A stretch of DNA of 64,000 nt from Macrostomum lignano (taxonomy: Eukaryota): assembly GCA_002269645.1 (NCBI GenBank), contig NIVC01001689.1, positions 62,001 to 126,000 of the forward strand, given 5' to 3'. The notes under the pieces are model-generated. The model saw nothing but the letters and a program-made list of their open reading frames with translations, was not told where the DNA came from and did not search any database. This document shows positions 1 through 11,081 of this stretch, one piece after another. How positions within the stretch are numbered: the stretch's first letter is position 1; each line of letters starts with the position of its first letter. Both the position numbers and the translations under genes were made by a program.

Positions 1-299
1 CATCAAATTTTGCACTTATATAATTCAACACTTTAAAATCCTAGCAGTTACGACATAATCAATATCCAGTCAGTCAGTATCAGTTAACAATATGGTTACG
101 CAATCTAAATCAAGTCTAGTGCTACGCTTCCACACTGCATTTTCAATTCAAGTCGGAGTTACAATTCAGTTATGACACAATCTATTTCGGAATCAGAATT
201 CAACCAGTCAGTTTTTTTCTCTAGCATTCTTACAATGCATTTCAAGTCGAAAAGTTTGCTTGACCTTTGCAAAAAAGCATGTTTTTCGAATATTTAATG

Positions 300-455
300 C
301 CTTTAGCATCAAGCAATTTCTTAGCCACAATGCATGTACCGTCACGGGAAAATTTCTGATCGAACAGTGCAAGTCTCATGAAAATCGGTTAAGCCATTTT
401 TTCTCTAATCGATTACAAGCAAGCAAGCAAGATTTTCATTTTTAGTATATTAGAT
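300..455 (+). mobile_element. 3' end of a DINE-1/Lep1-like non-autonomous Helitron-related element
   Basis: caagtctcatgaaaatcggttaagc, then (CAAG)4, then tagtatattagat; same layout as the ends of the 55.8-64 kb units. Confidence 0.4.
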
Positions 456-1369
456 ATGCTGGCTCTATGGTGCAATTTCCTGTGTATTGTTCCATATGCT
501 AGATACTTTATGCCAACCATTTTTGGTCTATTAAATACTAGAATTTTCTGGCATAAATATAAGATTTAAGAGTGGGAGGTAGAGGTTAGATAGGATCCCA
601 ATTCTACAACATTGGGATCCCAATCCTAAAAAATAGGAACCAAGAATAGGTTTTTTGGTTTAAAATCTATGGAATTGATGATTGTTTTAATGCATTTTTT
701 ACTTGTACTCATTATATTGTTATAATTCTTTGGTTACAAAACTTTGCATTATTCTATTCTATTTTATTCTTTTGATCTTAATATTGTTCAACCTTGTTAA
801 CACATATTGATTATAATATTTTAAAGACCTAATTCCAATTCCTAAATCCCAACCCTAAAAAATTTTTTTCCCAATCCTGATCCAACCCAATGACTTCAAT
901 CCTGTCCAACTTCTAGTAGGAGATAAGCCCTAGGGCCCTATAGTCTAGATCCTATATTTTAGTATATGCTAAGTCTAGTATAGAAAAAAATATACTATAA
1001 GACCTTGGTTAAATGCTTGGACTAAAATGCATCATTGACAAAATGTTTTAATAGTAAGTCAATTTGCCAAAAGTTGATTTGCCAAAAAATCAATTTACCA
1101 AAAGCAGGTTGTTTTGCCAAAAGTTATTTTGTCAAATAAATAAACAACAAACAAATTTCAATGAGCAAATGAAATATATATAAACAATTAATAATGTTTA
1201 TTTATCTTGTGCATATTTGTTTGTTTGTTTAAAATTGCTGTTTAATAATCTGGATACCTTGTTTATGGCTAGCCTAATGAATCAATAATAAGCCTAATGC
1301 AGCTAGCCTAGTCAGTCACAGGCTCATAGCGGCAACTGGGGGCAGGGGGTGCTAGGCCTCTGTGACATA

Positions 1370-1660
1370 CATGCGCAACAGTCGGCTGAGTCGGCCGATC
1401 CGGCCAACTGATTTGGCGGCCAACCAAGTAAGTCGCAAAAAGGCCCACTTGAAAAACACAAAGTAGTAGTACTAAGTAGCTGATGAGGCATTTTAGCTTT
1501 ATAAGACAATCATAGTTACTCCTGCCATTTACCCAAAGTTGCATTTATTTGCTTTCCGGTTTTTTTACATGTAAGTTGCATTTTTTGGCCAAAAACTACG
1601 TCACATTTTTGTTAAAACTAAGTTGCACGGCCGACCGAATTTTGGAGGTTACGCATGTAT
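1370..1660 (+). repeat. Dispersed repeat, copy A (copy B at 11120-11360)
   Basis: Shared blocks in the same order: catgcgcaac, gtaagtcgcaaaaa, atagttactcctgcc.ttta.ccaaa, aagttgcacggccg. Confidence 0.75.
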
Positions 1661-1925
1661 GCTCTGTAATGGGGAGGGGGCCTGAAAATTTGGCCTAGAT
1701 CAGCTGGCCGGGGGGTGGGGAGTCATGACTCCCCCTTGGCTACGCCCTTGCCTAGGCTTAAATTAAGCCTCGAGGCAATTTAATGGCTAATGGCTAACTC
1801 TTAAGAAGTTTACTGTGAGTCTGTGTAGGCCTACTTATAATTTAAATTTAATGAAATGAAATGGTAAATGTTAAGAGCTAGTTTTTTTATAGGCTTAAGC
1901 TTTTGTTTTATAAGCAAAGCTAGGC

Positions 1926-2037
1926 GGCTATCCTGTAGTTTCGCACGTTAAATTATTTTACGGAATTATTTCGCCCTCTATTCAAGGGTGGTGGGGGGTG
2001 GGGGTAATAATTTAACGTGCGAAACTACAGGATAGCC
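1926..2037. mobile_element. 112-bp MITE with perfect 32-bp TIRs and 8-bp TSD (Merlin- or hAT-like)
   Basis: TIR ggctatcctgtagtttcgcacgttaaattatt (1926-1957 and 2006-2037); AGCTAGGC on both flanks. Confidence 0.85.
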
Positions 2038-3190
2038 AGCTAGGCCTATGGTAGGCCTAATGGCATAACAGTTGTTAGATAAACCTGCCTACTAATTTAA
2101 AATAAATTTACACACATTTCAATTAAGGATTAATAGCTGCCCTAACTGAGACAACTTCCAATGGAAGGCTTTCAAGACGTTTCACCGGTTTCGTTGATAA
2201 CCTTTTCGCCAGACCATACGGGCCACGGCTAGCTACTGGCGCGGCCAGCAACTTGTTCCACCAAGATTTGTTGAAGCTGACGTGTGATTTAAGAAGGTAG
2301 TAAAGTGTAAATAAACGAATTGCCAAACACAAATCAGATAACTTTACCAAAAACGGTGGTAAATTAAAGTTCAATTACTTAATTCATGCTTTTTTAAAAA
2401 AGTAAAAAATATAAATTTTACCATAATTGGTATATTTTAATTCGGTTTTATTTTAACTGACTAATTGAAACCAACAAATTTAAACTTTTGCGAGCAGAGT
2501 TTGACGATGACGAAGAAGAACGAAGAAGAAGCTGTTGTATTGGGTGCTGACCAATTTCAATTTGTATTATTGTATTATTATTGTATACCGTAATAGTATC
2601 ACACACGGTCACGGACGTCGGACACGCCTATGTATAAAAATTCTAGAAGTTTGTTATCCTAATGAGTTAAATATTCTGCGTCCAGCATCGGGCCTAGGCT
2701 TAGTAGAAAAATCTGAGTAAAATCACACCTAAATCGAAGTAGTTTTGTTTTTATGAAATACATTTTACTTCTTAGTTTTTAGACTTTACTTTTTTTTATG
2801 AACCAACCAACCAGTCAAAAAAATTATCAATCATAATTTCATGACTTTGGCCTACTTGTTCATGTCAATAGCTAAAAAATGTGTGTACAGATACATTGAG
2901 TTTAATGAACGATTTTGCAGGATAGCTGCCTACGTGATGTGATGAATTAAAACACTTGTTGTCTTTTGCTTATATTGGGGGTAGGCCTACAGGGTTAGGG
3001 CCTAGTAAAGTATAGTATAGGCCTATTCTATTCTTACTTAGGAAGTTAGGACTTAGGACTTTTGGTGATCCTTTTGTTTGTGATCACCTATTTTGCTAGT
3101 TTCAGGTTATGATCACCTAATATTTTGCTCATTGCAGCACAAAAATGGCATGTTCAAAATTGGCTAATGAAAAAATATGCAAAATTGAAA

Positions 3191-3507
3191 GGTAATGGCT
3201 AGAGTTCGAGCATTGGAACTTGTTTTCTAACAGCTAGGGATCTGGCAGTGCCATATAGAAGCATATAAAGACTACTAAGAATATATCTTAAGAAGTCTAA
3301 ATATTATAAGCATATCGTCGCAAATCTTATCATATCGTTTTAAATTTTAATCTAGAACAAAATCTCAATATCAGCCACTTATAAAATAAAAAAAAGAAAG
3401 AAAAATATAATGTACCATCTATATTAGGGCCTATAATGGCACTGCCGGATCTATACTACCATAGCCATTAGAAAATAGGTTCCGGTGCCAGAATTCTAGC
3501 CATTGCC
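3191..3507. mobile_element. 317-bp MITE with about 70-bp imperfect TIRs and 9-bp near-TSD
   Basis: ggtaatggctagagttc...gatctggcagtgccatatag vs its reverse complement at 3431-3507; flanks AAATTGAAA and AAGTTGAAA. Confidence 0.7.
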
Positions 3508-3804
3508 AAGTTGAAAGTGCAGCTTGTTAGATGATGCTCAAGTCATGTTTATATATCAGTGCTGGGCACAATACTCTAAAAAGTATTGGTAAAAACCAAT
3601 ACTTCAATACCCTTTCTGAAAAAAATTTTGCCAATACCTGAAAGTCCAATACCCAAATTTGAGTATTGGCGATACCCTAATTCCGATACTCTATTCTGTC
3701 AGAATTTCTGATACTTGGTTTTTGCAAAAAGAATGCTTAACAAATATAGATGCATATAATTAAAGCCTCTCAGACCTTTTCCTAGATTTTAAGGCAAATA
3801 AAAC

Positions 3805-3960
3805 AAGCTGGCACCCAATTTACAGCTGGGTGAACTGAAGCCATATGGAGTTATGTATCTTGCTCAAGGACACTTTTAAATTGTTCTAGTGGGATTGGTA
3901 ATCAAACCCCACCTGTCAAGTTGTGAGTCTTACACTGTAACCACTAGGCTACAACCCCTC
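3805..3960 (+). mobile_element. CORE-SINE (MIR-core)-like fragment
   Basis: cccaatttacagctgggtgaactg...gttatgtatcttgctcaaggacac resembles the MIR core; ends ctaggctacaacccc like the copy at 54540-54660. Confidence 0.5.
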
Positions 3961-4438
3961 TAGGGCAACAACCCTAAAATTCATAATAGCTTTCCTATAG
4001 TTTCCAAGAACCTAATGGTAATTGTAGCATTTTCCTCTGGCTAAAACTGGACTATATATCATAGTCTATCCAATTGTTTGAAACTCACATTTATCTACAG
4101 AAAGGCTAATAATTGTACTAGCAAGCTTTGAATGGGGATGCTAATCAACTAAAGCAATAAATCTTTGCTTTTTGTATATTATATTTAAAGTAAAAGCAAG
4201 AAATTTCTCACATATAAATCTAAATATACTAAATCTCTAAGTTTTGTATGCTTGATTGCTTGTCCATAATTAATACTAATAATAGTAGCGCTATCGAATT
4301 GTTTTCACGACTCTACTTTTAGTAGTAATGCAGAGAAATTACTCAAAATAATCATTTTAACATTATTTGCTCTACTAAATGTGAAAATCTTGTTTTTTCT
4401 AATTATTCACTAAGCAATGCTGCTGCCCGTCACTTCAG

Positions 4439-5025
4439 CTGCAGTCCATCGCCATCTCGGACCCAACTGTCGCGCGCCTCGAGCGATGGCGCGTGAAGCC
4501 GGGTCAATATGTGAACCCCACCGACTCGCTCGGCCTGTTGCGCACCTCGGCCGGCAAGGAGCTGCGCCTGTACCCGCCCAACGGCGGCCGCATTGTCCGC
4601 CTTCTGGTGTCGGACGGTTCAGCGGTGAAGCTTGGCGACGCCGTCTGCGAGCTGGAGCCGTGCGAGCACTCCATCGTGATGAAGGACCTCTGCGCCGAGT
4701 GCGGCCAGAACCTGCGAACTGAAAATGGCGCGCCAGGCGAACGGCGCCAATCGGCCTTAGCAACCGTTGCTATGGTTCACTGCATCCCAGAGCTGCACGT
4801 CAGCCAGGGCCGGGCGGAATGTCTCGCTGCCGAGGACGAAGACCTGCTGCTCAAACAGAGGAAGCTGGTGCTGCTGGTCGACCTGGACCAGACGGTGATT
4901 CACACCACCACTCAGAATGTGCCGCCCAAGCTGGCTAAAGTGCACCACTTCCAGCTGAAGCCGCCGGTGTGGTACCACACTCGGGTGCGACCAGGTGTTG
5001 AAGAGTTTCTCGCTCGAATTTCTAG
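4439..5025 (+). CDS. CTDP1: FCP1 coding exon 1 (5' boundary uncertain)
   Basis: Frame open from 4403 (TAA at 4400-4402); donor AG|GTTCGT at 5026. Confidence 0.85.
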
Positions 5026-8000
5026 GTTCGTCTGAATGTTGCTTAACCCAAAGCTAAGCTGAAATATCCCAGACTAGTAAAGTCGCTGTGACAGAATCGC
5101 CCTGACAAATCGCCGAATCTAGAGTCGCCCAGTCCACAATTGCCTAATCCAGAATCGCCCTGACAGAATCGCCCAGTCCAGAATCGCCCAATCCAGAATC
5201 GCCCAGTCCAGAATCGCCCAATCCAGAATCGCCCAATCCAGAATCGCCCTAAACCCCCACAGCCTGTATGAGTTGCACATCATCAGCTTCGGCAACCGGC
5301 CCTACGCCCACAAGATCGCCAGCCTGATTGACCCGGAGAAGCGCTATTTCTCGCACCGAATTCTCAGCCGAGACGAATGCTACAATCCGCTAACAAAGAC
5401 CGCCAATTTAAAGTCTTTATTCCCGCGCGGCGATCATATGATTGTCATCATTGACGACCGGGACGAGGTCTGGGACTCGATGCCCAGTCTGATCCACGTC
5501 AAACCCTACCAGTTCTTCGAGGGCACTGAGGATATCAATTGCCCGCCGGGCTCCGCTGTCCCAGCCTCCAAAGCCGACCCAATGGACCTGGTTGAGAAGG
5601 CCATGGAGCACCAGCACCCGCAGCCGGAGAAACAGCAGGAGCAGCAGCCGCAGGATCCCAATCAGCCTATTGAGTGGCCGGACAATGACAGGTAAGTGAA
5701 ACTGTGTGGACCTATCTGCCTGCAGGCATTCAGTTCTGTGTCCGATCCGGAGTACCACTGCCTGGTAGGAATTCCCTGTCCAGAATACCGTCTGGTAGGA
5801 ATTCCCCTGTTTGGTAGGAATTCCACTGTCTGGTAGGAATTCCCCTGTCTGGTAGGAATTCCACTGTCTGGTAGGAATTCCCCTCTCTGGTAGGAATTCC
5901 ACTGTCTGGTAGGAATTCCCCTGTCTGGTAGGAATTCCACTGTCTGGTAGGAATCCCCCTGTCTAGTAAGAATTCCCCTGTCTGGTAGTAATTCCCGTCT
6001 ATCTAATTCCACTGTCTGGTAGGAATTCCACTGTCTGGTAGGAATTCCACTGTCTGGTAGGAATTCCCCTCTCTGGTAGGAATTCCACTGTCTGGTAGGA
6101 ATTCCCCTCTCTGATAGGAATTCCCCTCTATCGAATTCCACTGTCTGGTAGGAATTCCCCTGTTTGGAATACCTCTGACCGATCCATTTTATTGAGAATT
6201 CCCCCGTCCAATCGCCCTGCGTTCGCATTTCTTATTGGGTATTTCCGAATTCCCTCTGTTTACGAGAGGGAATTCTCGTATAATTATTTTTCCTGTTGTC
6301 TGATATCAATCGTGCGAGCCCCGCGCCGCGCCCACAGGTACCTGTACCGGCTGGCCGACATCCTGACGGACATCCACTCTGAATATTATCGCCGACTGGA
6401 CGCGTCCACTGGCGCCGACGGTGGCGGCGGCGGCGATTCAGCGACGGCGGCGACAGCGTCAACAAAGGCGAAGCCGCCAGAGTCGCGGCAGGTGTGCACC
6501 GAGCTGCGCGGCCAGGTGCTCCGCGGCTGCCGCCTGGTGTTCAGCGGCCTGTTCCCTACCAGCCTGCCGCCGGAGAAGAGCAAAGCCTACCAGATTGCCA
6601 CCGGCCTGGGCGCCGAGGTGCAGGCAGACGTGCAGCTGGGCAGCAAAGTGGCTCAGGTATTGTGCTGTCAGTTTGTGCTGCCAGTTTGTGCTGTCAGTTT
6701 GTGTTGTCAGTTTGTGTTGTCAGTTTGTGCTGCCAGTTTGTGCTGCCAGTTTGTGCTGTCAGTTTGTGCTGCCAGTTTGTGCTGTCAGTTTGTGCTGCCA
6801 GTTTGTGCTGTCAGTTTGTGCTGCCAGTTTGTGCTGTCAGTTTGTGTTGTCAGTTTGTGCTGCCAGTTTGTGCTGCCAGTTTGTGCTGCCAGTTTGTGCT
6901 GCCAGTTTGTGCTGCCAGTTTGTGCTGTCAGTTTGTGCTGTCAGTTTGTGCTGCCAGTTTGTGCTGTCAGTTTGTGCTGTCAGTTTGTGCTGTCAGTTTG
7001 TGCTGCCAGTTTGTGCTGTCAGTTTGTGCTGTCAGTTTGTGTTGTCAGTTTGTGCTGTCAGTTTGTGCTGCCAGTTTGTGCTGTCAGTTTGTGCTGCCAG
7101 TTTGTGCTATCAGCTGTACTATCAGCTGTGCCATCATTCAAAATGTCAGTCCTTCCTGTCAGTCAGTATTAGAAGTCAAGCGGGCCACCCGTCTCCCACC
7201 CGCAGGACAGCCGCACCACTCACCTGGTGGCTGCCAAGAGCGGTACATCGAAATTCCACCGGGCCCGCAAGGCCCAGTCGGAATCGCCTGACGGCTGCAG
7301 CATCGTGAACCCCGAGTGGCTGTGGACCTGCTACTACGAATGGCGCCGCTGCCCGGAGGCCGACTTCCCTGTCGTCGCCGACGTCGACTATCTGGGCTTG
7401 CGGCGCGACTCCCGGCAGCGCCGGGACAGCGAGGTCAAGCGGTACAAGTCGGACAGGAAGCGCCGCCGCCAGGAGTCCCTGGTGGTGACGCCGGAGGAGG
7501 CGACAGCAAAAGAGGACGGCGACGAAGAGACTGAGAATTCTGGAGCTGCGACGGCGGCGACGACAGCACTCTCGGTGTCCAAGGAGGCGCCTCCAGCGGC
7601 TCCGCCGGCGGCTTCAAGCAGCGGCGGCGGCAGTAGCCAGCAGCGACGTTTTGAACTGGCCGACAATCCGCTGCTCAGCATGTCCCCAAGCGACCTGAGG
7701 AGCCTGCAGGACGAGGTCGACGCCGAGCTGGAGGGAATTTCTTCCTCATCGTCTTCGTCCTCCTCCAGCTCGGAGTCGGAGGCCCGGCTGCGTCGCAAAG
7801 TTCTCCGGTTCAGCTCCGGCGAGGCCTCCGGTAAGTCGGTCGCTTCTGGCGGTAGCGGCGGCACTTCAAAGCGGAAGCTGGCCAAGAAGATGAAGGAGCT
7901 GAAGAGACGAGGTGGCGACGGCAAGCGGGCTGCGGCGGCTGCGGCAGATTCCACCGATGACGAAGAGGACGAAGAGGAGTCTGGCGGATCGATGGAGAAC

Positions 8001-8231
8001 GGCGCCGGAGCGGCGGCAGCGCCCGGCGAGGACCGCGACTGGGGCGAGGGCTGCAAGGAGGGCTACGATTACGCTGATGCCGAGGCCAATTTCCACGTGC
8101 TTGGCGGCGACGTCGACTCGAGCACGGACGAGGGCGAGGATCAGGATGATGAAGACGACGACGAAGATGATGAAGCTGACTCTATTGAGGCTGGGGAGCG
8201 GCGCCGGCGAAAACGGGAATGGCGCCGCTAG
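4439..8231 (+). CDS. CTDP1: RNA polymerase II CTD phosphatase FCP1; exons 4439(or 4415/4445)-5025, 5263-5691, 6338-6656, 7206-8231; about 787 aa; start codon unresolved
   Basis: N-terminal lipoyl-like region (LERWRVKPG...CEHSIVMKDLCAECG), catalytic DLDQT in LVLLVDLDQTVIHTT, LYELHIISFGNRPYA, HRILSRDEC, IVIIDDRDEVW, BRCT domain (VLRGCRLVFSGLFP...THLVAAKSGT...VNPEWLWTC) and acidic C-terminus. GT-AG introns with phases 2,2,0 join in frame. Confidence 0.93.
5085..5250. repeat. 15-bp minisatellite, FCP1 intron 1
   Basis: (ccagaatcgcccaat/agt)n. Confidence 0.9.
5263..5691 (+). CDS. CTDP1: FCP1 exon 2 (FCPH domain)
   Basis: Acceptor ccccacag|C, donor AG|GTAAGT. Confidence 0.92.
5760..6165. repeat. 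19-20-bp minisatellite, FCP1 intron 2
   Basis: (gtctggtaggaattccact)n with palindromic GGAATTCC. Confidence 0.95.
6338..6656 (+). CDS. CTDP1: FCP1 exon 3 (helical region, BRCT N-half)
   Basis: Acceptor gcccacag|G, YLYRLADILTDIHSEYY, donor CAG|GTATTG. Confidence 0.88.
6660..7110. repeat. 13-bp minisatellite, FCP1 intron 3
   Basis: (cagtttgtgctgy)n starting right after the donor. Confidence 0.95.
7206..8231 (+). CDS. CTDP1: FCP1 exon 4 (BRCT C-half, acidic/Ser-rich tail, stop)
   Basis: Acceptor cacccgcag|GAC, TAG at 8229-8231. Confidence 0.9.
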   Translation, partial: DSRTTHLVAAKSGTSKFHRARKAQSESPDGCSIVNPEWLWTCYYEWRRCPEADFPVVADVDYLGLRRDSRQRRDSEVKRYKSDRKRRRQESLVVTPEEATAKEDGDEETENSGAATAATTALSVSKEAPPAAPPAASSSGGGSSQQRRFELADNPLLSMSPSDLRSLQDEVDAELEGISSSSSSSSSSSESEARLRRKVLRFSSGEASGKSVASGGSGGTSKRKLAKKMKELKRRGGDGKRAAAAAADSTDDEEDEEESGGSMENGAGAAAAPGEDRDWGEGCKEGYDYADAEANFHVLGGDVDSSTDEGEDQDDEDDDEDDEADSIEAGERRRRKREWRR

Positions 8232-8344
8232 AGACTTTGAACCCAGGCACCTGTTGTGAATTGCCGTCGGCTAAGGAAGTCTAAATTTTACTATTTAAAA
8301 CTTTTCAATTCGGCCTATGTAATTTCGTAAAATCGCTATCCAAC

Positions 8345-8835
8345 CCAGTAGAATCACTCCTGCAACCAGGTAGAATCGCCTCCTGCAACCCGGTAGAATC
8401 GCCTCCTACAACCCGGTAGAATCGTCTCCTACAACCCGGTAGAATCGCCTCCTACAACACGGTAGAATCACCCCCTACAACCCGGTAGAATCGCCTCCTA
8501 CAACCCGGTAGAATCGCCTCCTACAACCCGGTAGAATCGCCTCCTACAACCCGGTAGAATCGCCTCCTACAACCCGGTAGAATCGACCCCTGCAACCCGG
8601 TAGAATCGACCCCTTTACAACACGGTAGAATCGCCTCCTACAATCCGGTAGAATCGCCCCCTGCAACCCGGTAGAATCGCCCCCTGCAACCCGGTAGAAT
8701 CGTCCCCTGCAACCCGGTAGAATCGACCCCTACAATCCGGTAGAATCGCCCCCTACAACCCGGTAGAATCGCCCCCTGCAACCCGGTAGAATCGACCCCT
8801 ACAACCCGGTAGAATCGCCCCCTACAACCCGGCAG
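8345..8835. repeat. 23-bp minisatellite 3' of FCP1
   Basis: (acaacccggtagaatcgcctcct)n. Confidence 0.95.
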
Positions 8836-9429
8836 AATTGCTCTAGAAATTTCACATCGTCCAGTGAGTTTCCAGCATCCCTGAGCCTCATCAGTTCACC
8901 CGATGGGCATTAGCATTGTTTTTGCTATTTTCTCGTTATCAATGAAGGACACGACGGCACTCTCTGCTTCACACAATTCATTTATATGCTTTTCCTTCGT
9001 AATTTGCCGCATTTTTGATCCCTTATTCTTTGCTTCTACTTTTAGTAGTAAAAAATAGGTTAAATTAGATTAGCAGCGTCATCTAACATTTGAATTTCTA
9101 CTGTGTTGTTCAGCATAGGCTAATGATGTTATTATGTAATCAATAATTTCTACTGGTACGTTTCAAGCGCATTAAGTGACTGAATTTATACTCGTAAGTT
9201 ACTTGTTGAAGCGTGTCGATAAAAAGTAATTAATTTAATATATAAATATATAACTTTATTATTTATTTATTTAGTACACCAGTTTATAGTACGAGATAAA
9301 AACTGATTAAACAGAAATTCTGCCCTGCCCTCCTAATTTTTATTCCTAACGTGCGGCCTTTGCGTCGAAATACAAGCTGGGTCTTGACACAGGAACACAG
9401 GCTGTGCTTAAATTGGTTTGGGCCCAAAT

Positions 9430-9755
9430 ATGACTCAGGCACGCTAGAAATGACTCAGGCACACTAGAAATGACTCAGGCACACAAGAAATGACTCAGGC
9501 ACACTAGAAATGACTCAGGCACACTAGAAATGACTCATGCACACTAGAAATGACTCAGGCACACAAGAAATGACTCAGGCACACTAGAAATGACTCAGGC
9601 ACACTAGAAATTACTCAGGCACACTAGAAATGACTCAGGCACACTAGAAATGACTCATGCACACTAGAAATGACTCATGCACACTAGAAATGACTCAGGC
9701 ACACTAGAAATGACTCAGGCACACTAGAAATTACTCAGGCACGCTAGAAATGACT
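9430..9755. repeat. 20-bp minisatellite containing TGACTCA
   Basis: (atgactcaggcacactagaa)16. Confidence 0.95.
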
Positions 9756-10004
9756 GGTTTTGAATACGTGCCAAACTGTGCAGTAGATAGGCAGTTAGCC
9801 AATTAAGTAAGTGTCGCTATATTTTTAGCATTCAACGAAAACTGGCGAGTAAATAAATGAATGATTACTCATTTTGCAGATTTTTTTCATGCAGTAAGTG
9901 CTTCTGTCAATCAAATTCATTTTATAGCAAACGCTTAATACATTTGTAGAAAGTTGGGTAAAATAATTGAGCACATTCTCATTGCCTGCGGGGTTGCGGC
10001 ACAA

Positions 10005-10595
10005 GTTTCAAACCGGACTCTCCCCAGCTGTCAAACCGGACTCTCCCAGCCCCAGCTGTCAAACCGGACTCTCCCAGCCCCAGCTGTCAAACCGGACTCT
10101 CCCCAGCTGTCAAACCGGACTCTCCCAGCCCCAGCTGTCAAACCGGACTCTCCCAGCCCCAGCTGTCAAACCGGACTCTCCCCAGCTGTCAAACCGGACT
10201 CTCCCAGCCCCAGCTGTCAAACCGGACTCTCCCAGCCCCAGCTGTCAAACCGGACTCTCCCCAGCTGTCAAACCGGACTCTCCCCAGCTGTCAAACCGGA
10301 CTCTCCCCAGCTGTCAAACCGGACTCTCCCAGCCCCAGCTGTCAAACCGGACTCTCCCAGCCCCAGCTGTCAAACCGGACTCTCCCAGCCCCAGCTGCCA
10401 AACCGGACTCTCCCCAGCTGTCAAACCGGACTCTCCCCAGCTGTCAAACCGGACTCTCCCCAGCTGTCAAACCGGACTATCCCAGCCCCAGCTGTCAAAC
10501 TGGACTATCCCAGCCCCAGCTGTCAAGCCGGACTCTCCCAGCCCCAGCTGTCAAACCGGACTATCCCAGCCCCAGCTGTCAAACTGGACTCTCCG
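10005..10595. repeat. 23/28-bp minisatellite immediately after the calmodulin-like stop
   Basis: (cagctgtcaaaccggactctccc[agccc])n. Confidence 0.95.
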
Positions 10596-10599
10596 CTGC

Positions 10600-11081
10600 C
10601 TAAGCGGACTCCAGGAAGTCGGCAGCCTTAGAAAACTCCTCAACCGCGATCTGCCCATCCTTGTCCGTGTCCAGCGCCTCAAACATTTCATCCAGCTCGC
10701 GCTTCCCAACGCTCGCCTCAACGAACATCAGCGCCTCCCGGGCCTCCGCCCGCGTGATCTGGCCGTTGCCGTTGCGGTCCAGCGAGTGGAAAATCTGCGA
10801 CATTTCAACGTCGCACGGCACCGGCTTGCTGGACTTCATCATCGCGCAGAAGTTCTCAAAGTTCACCCCGCCTATGTCGTTGGGATCGTGCGCCCGGATC
10901 ATGGCGCAGACCTCCTTGCGGGTGGCGAACATGTTCAGCTGTTTGAGCAGCCGGTTCAGGTCCGCGAAGTCAATGAGGCCGTCTTTGTTCAGGTCCACCA
11001 GCTTGAACATCTCCGCCAGGCGGGCCGTCTCCGGGTCATCGAAGTATCTCTGGGTGGCTCGGTGAGCCCGATCGGACAAGA
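10600..11081 (-). CDS. Calmodulin-like main exon (all EF hands)
   Basis: ORF 10600-11133; acceptor gatctcag|TC; TAG at 10602-10600. Confidence 0.9.

Noticed and set aside
580-915. Possible hAT-like MITE (tagaggttagataggat vs atcctgtccaacttcta); similar weak candidates at 3558-3760 and 16810-16880
   Set aside because: Short mismatched TIRs and no TSD I could confirm.
2461-2550. Acidic mini-frame EFDDDEEERRRSCCIGC
   Set aside because: No ATG after the upstream stop, no convincing acceptor and no partner exons.
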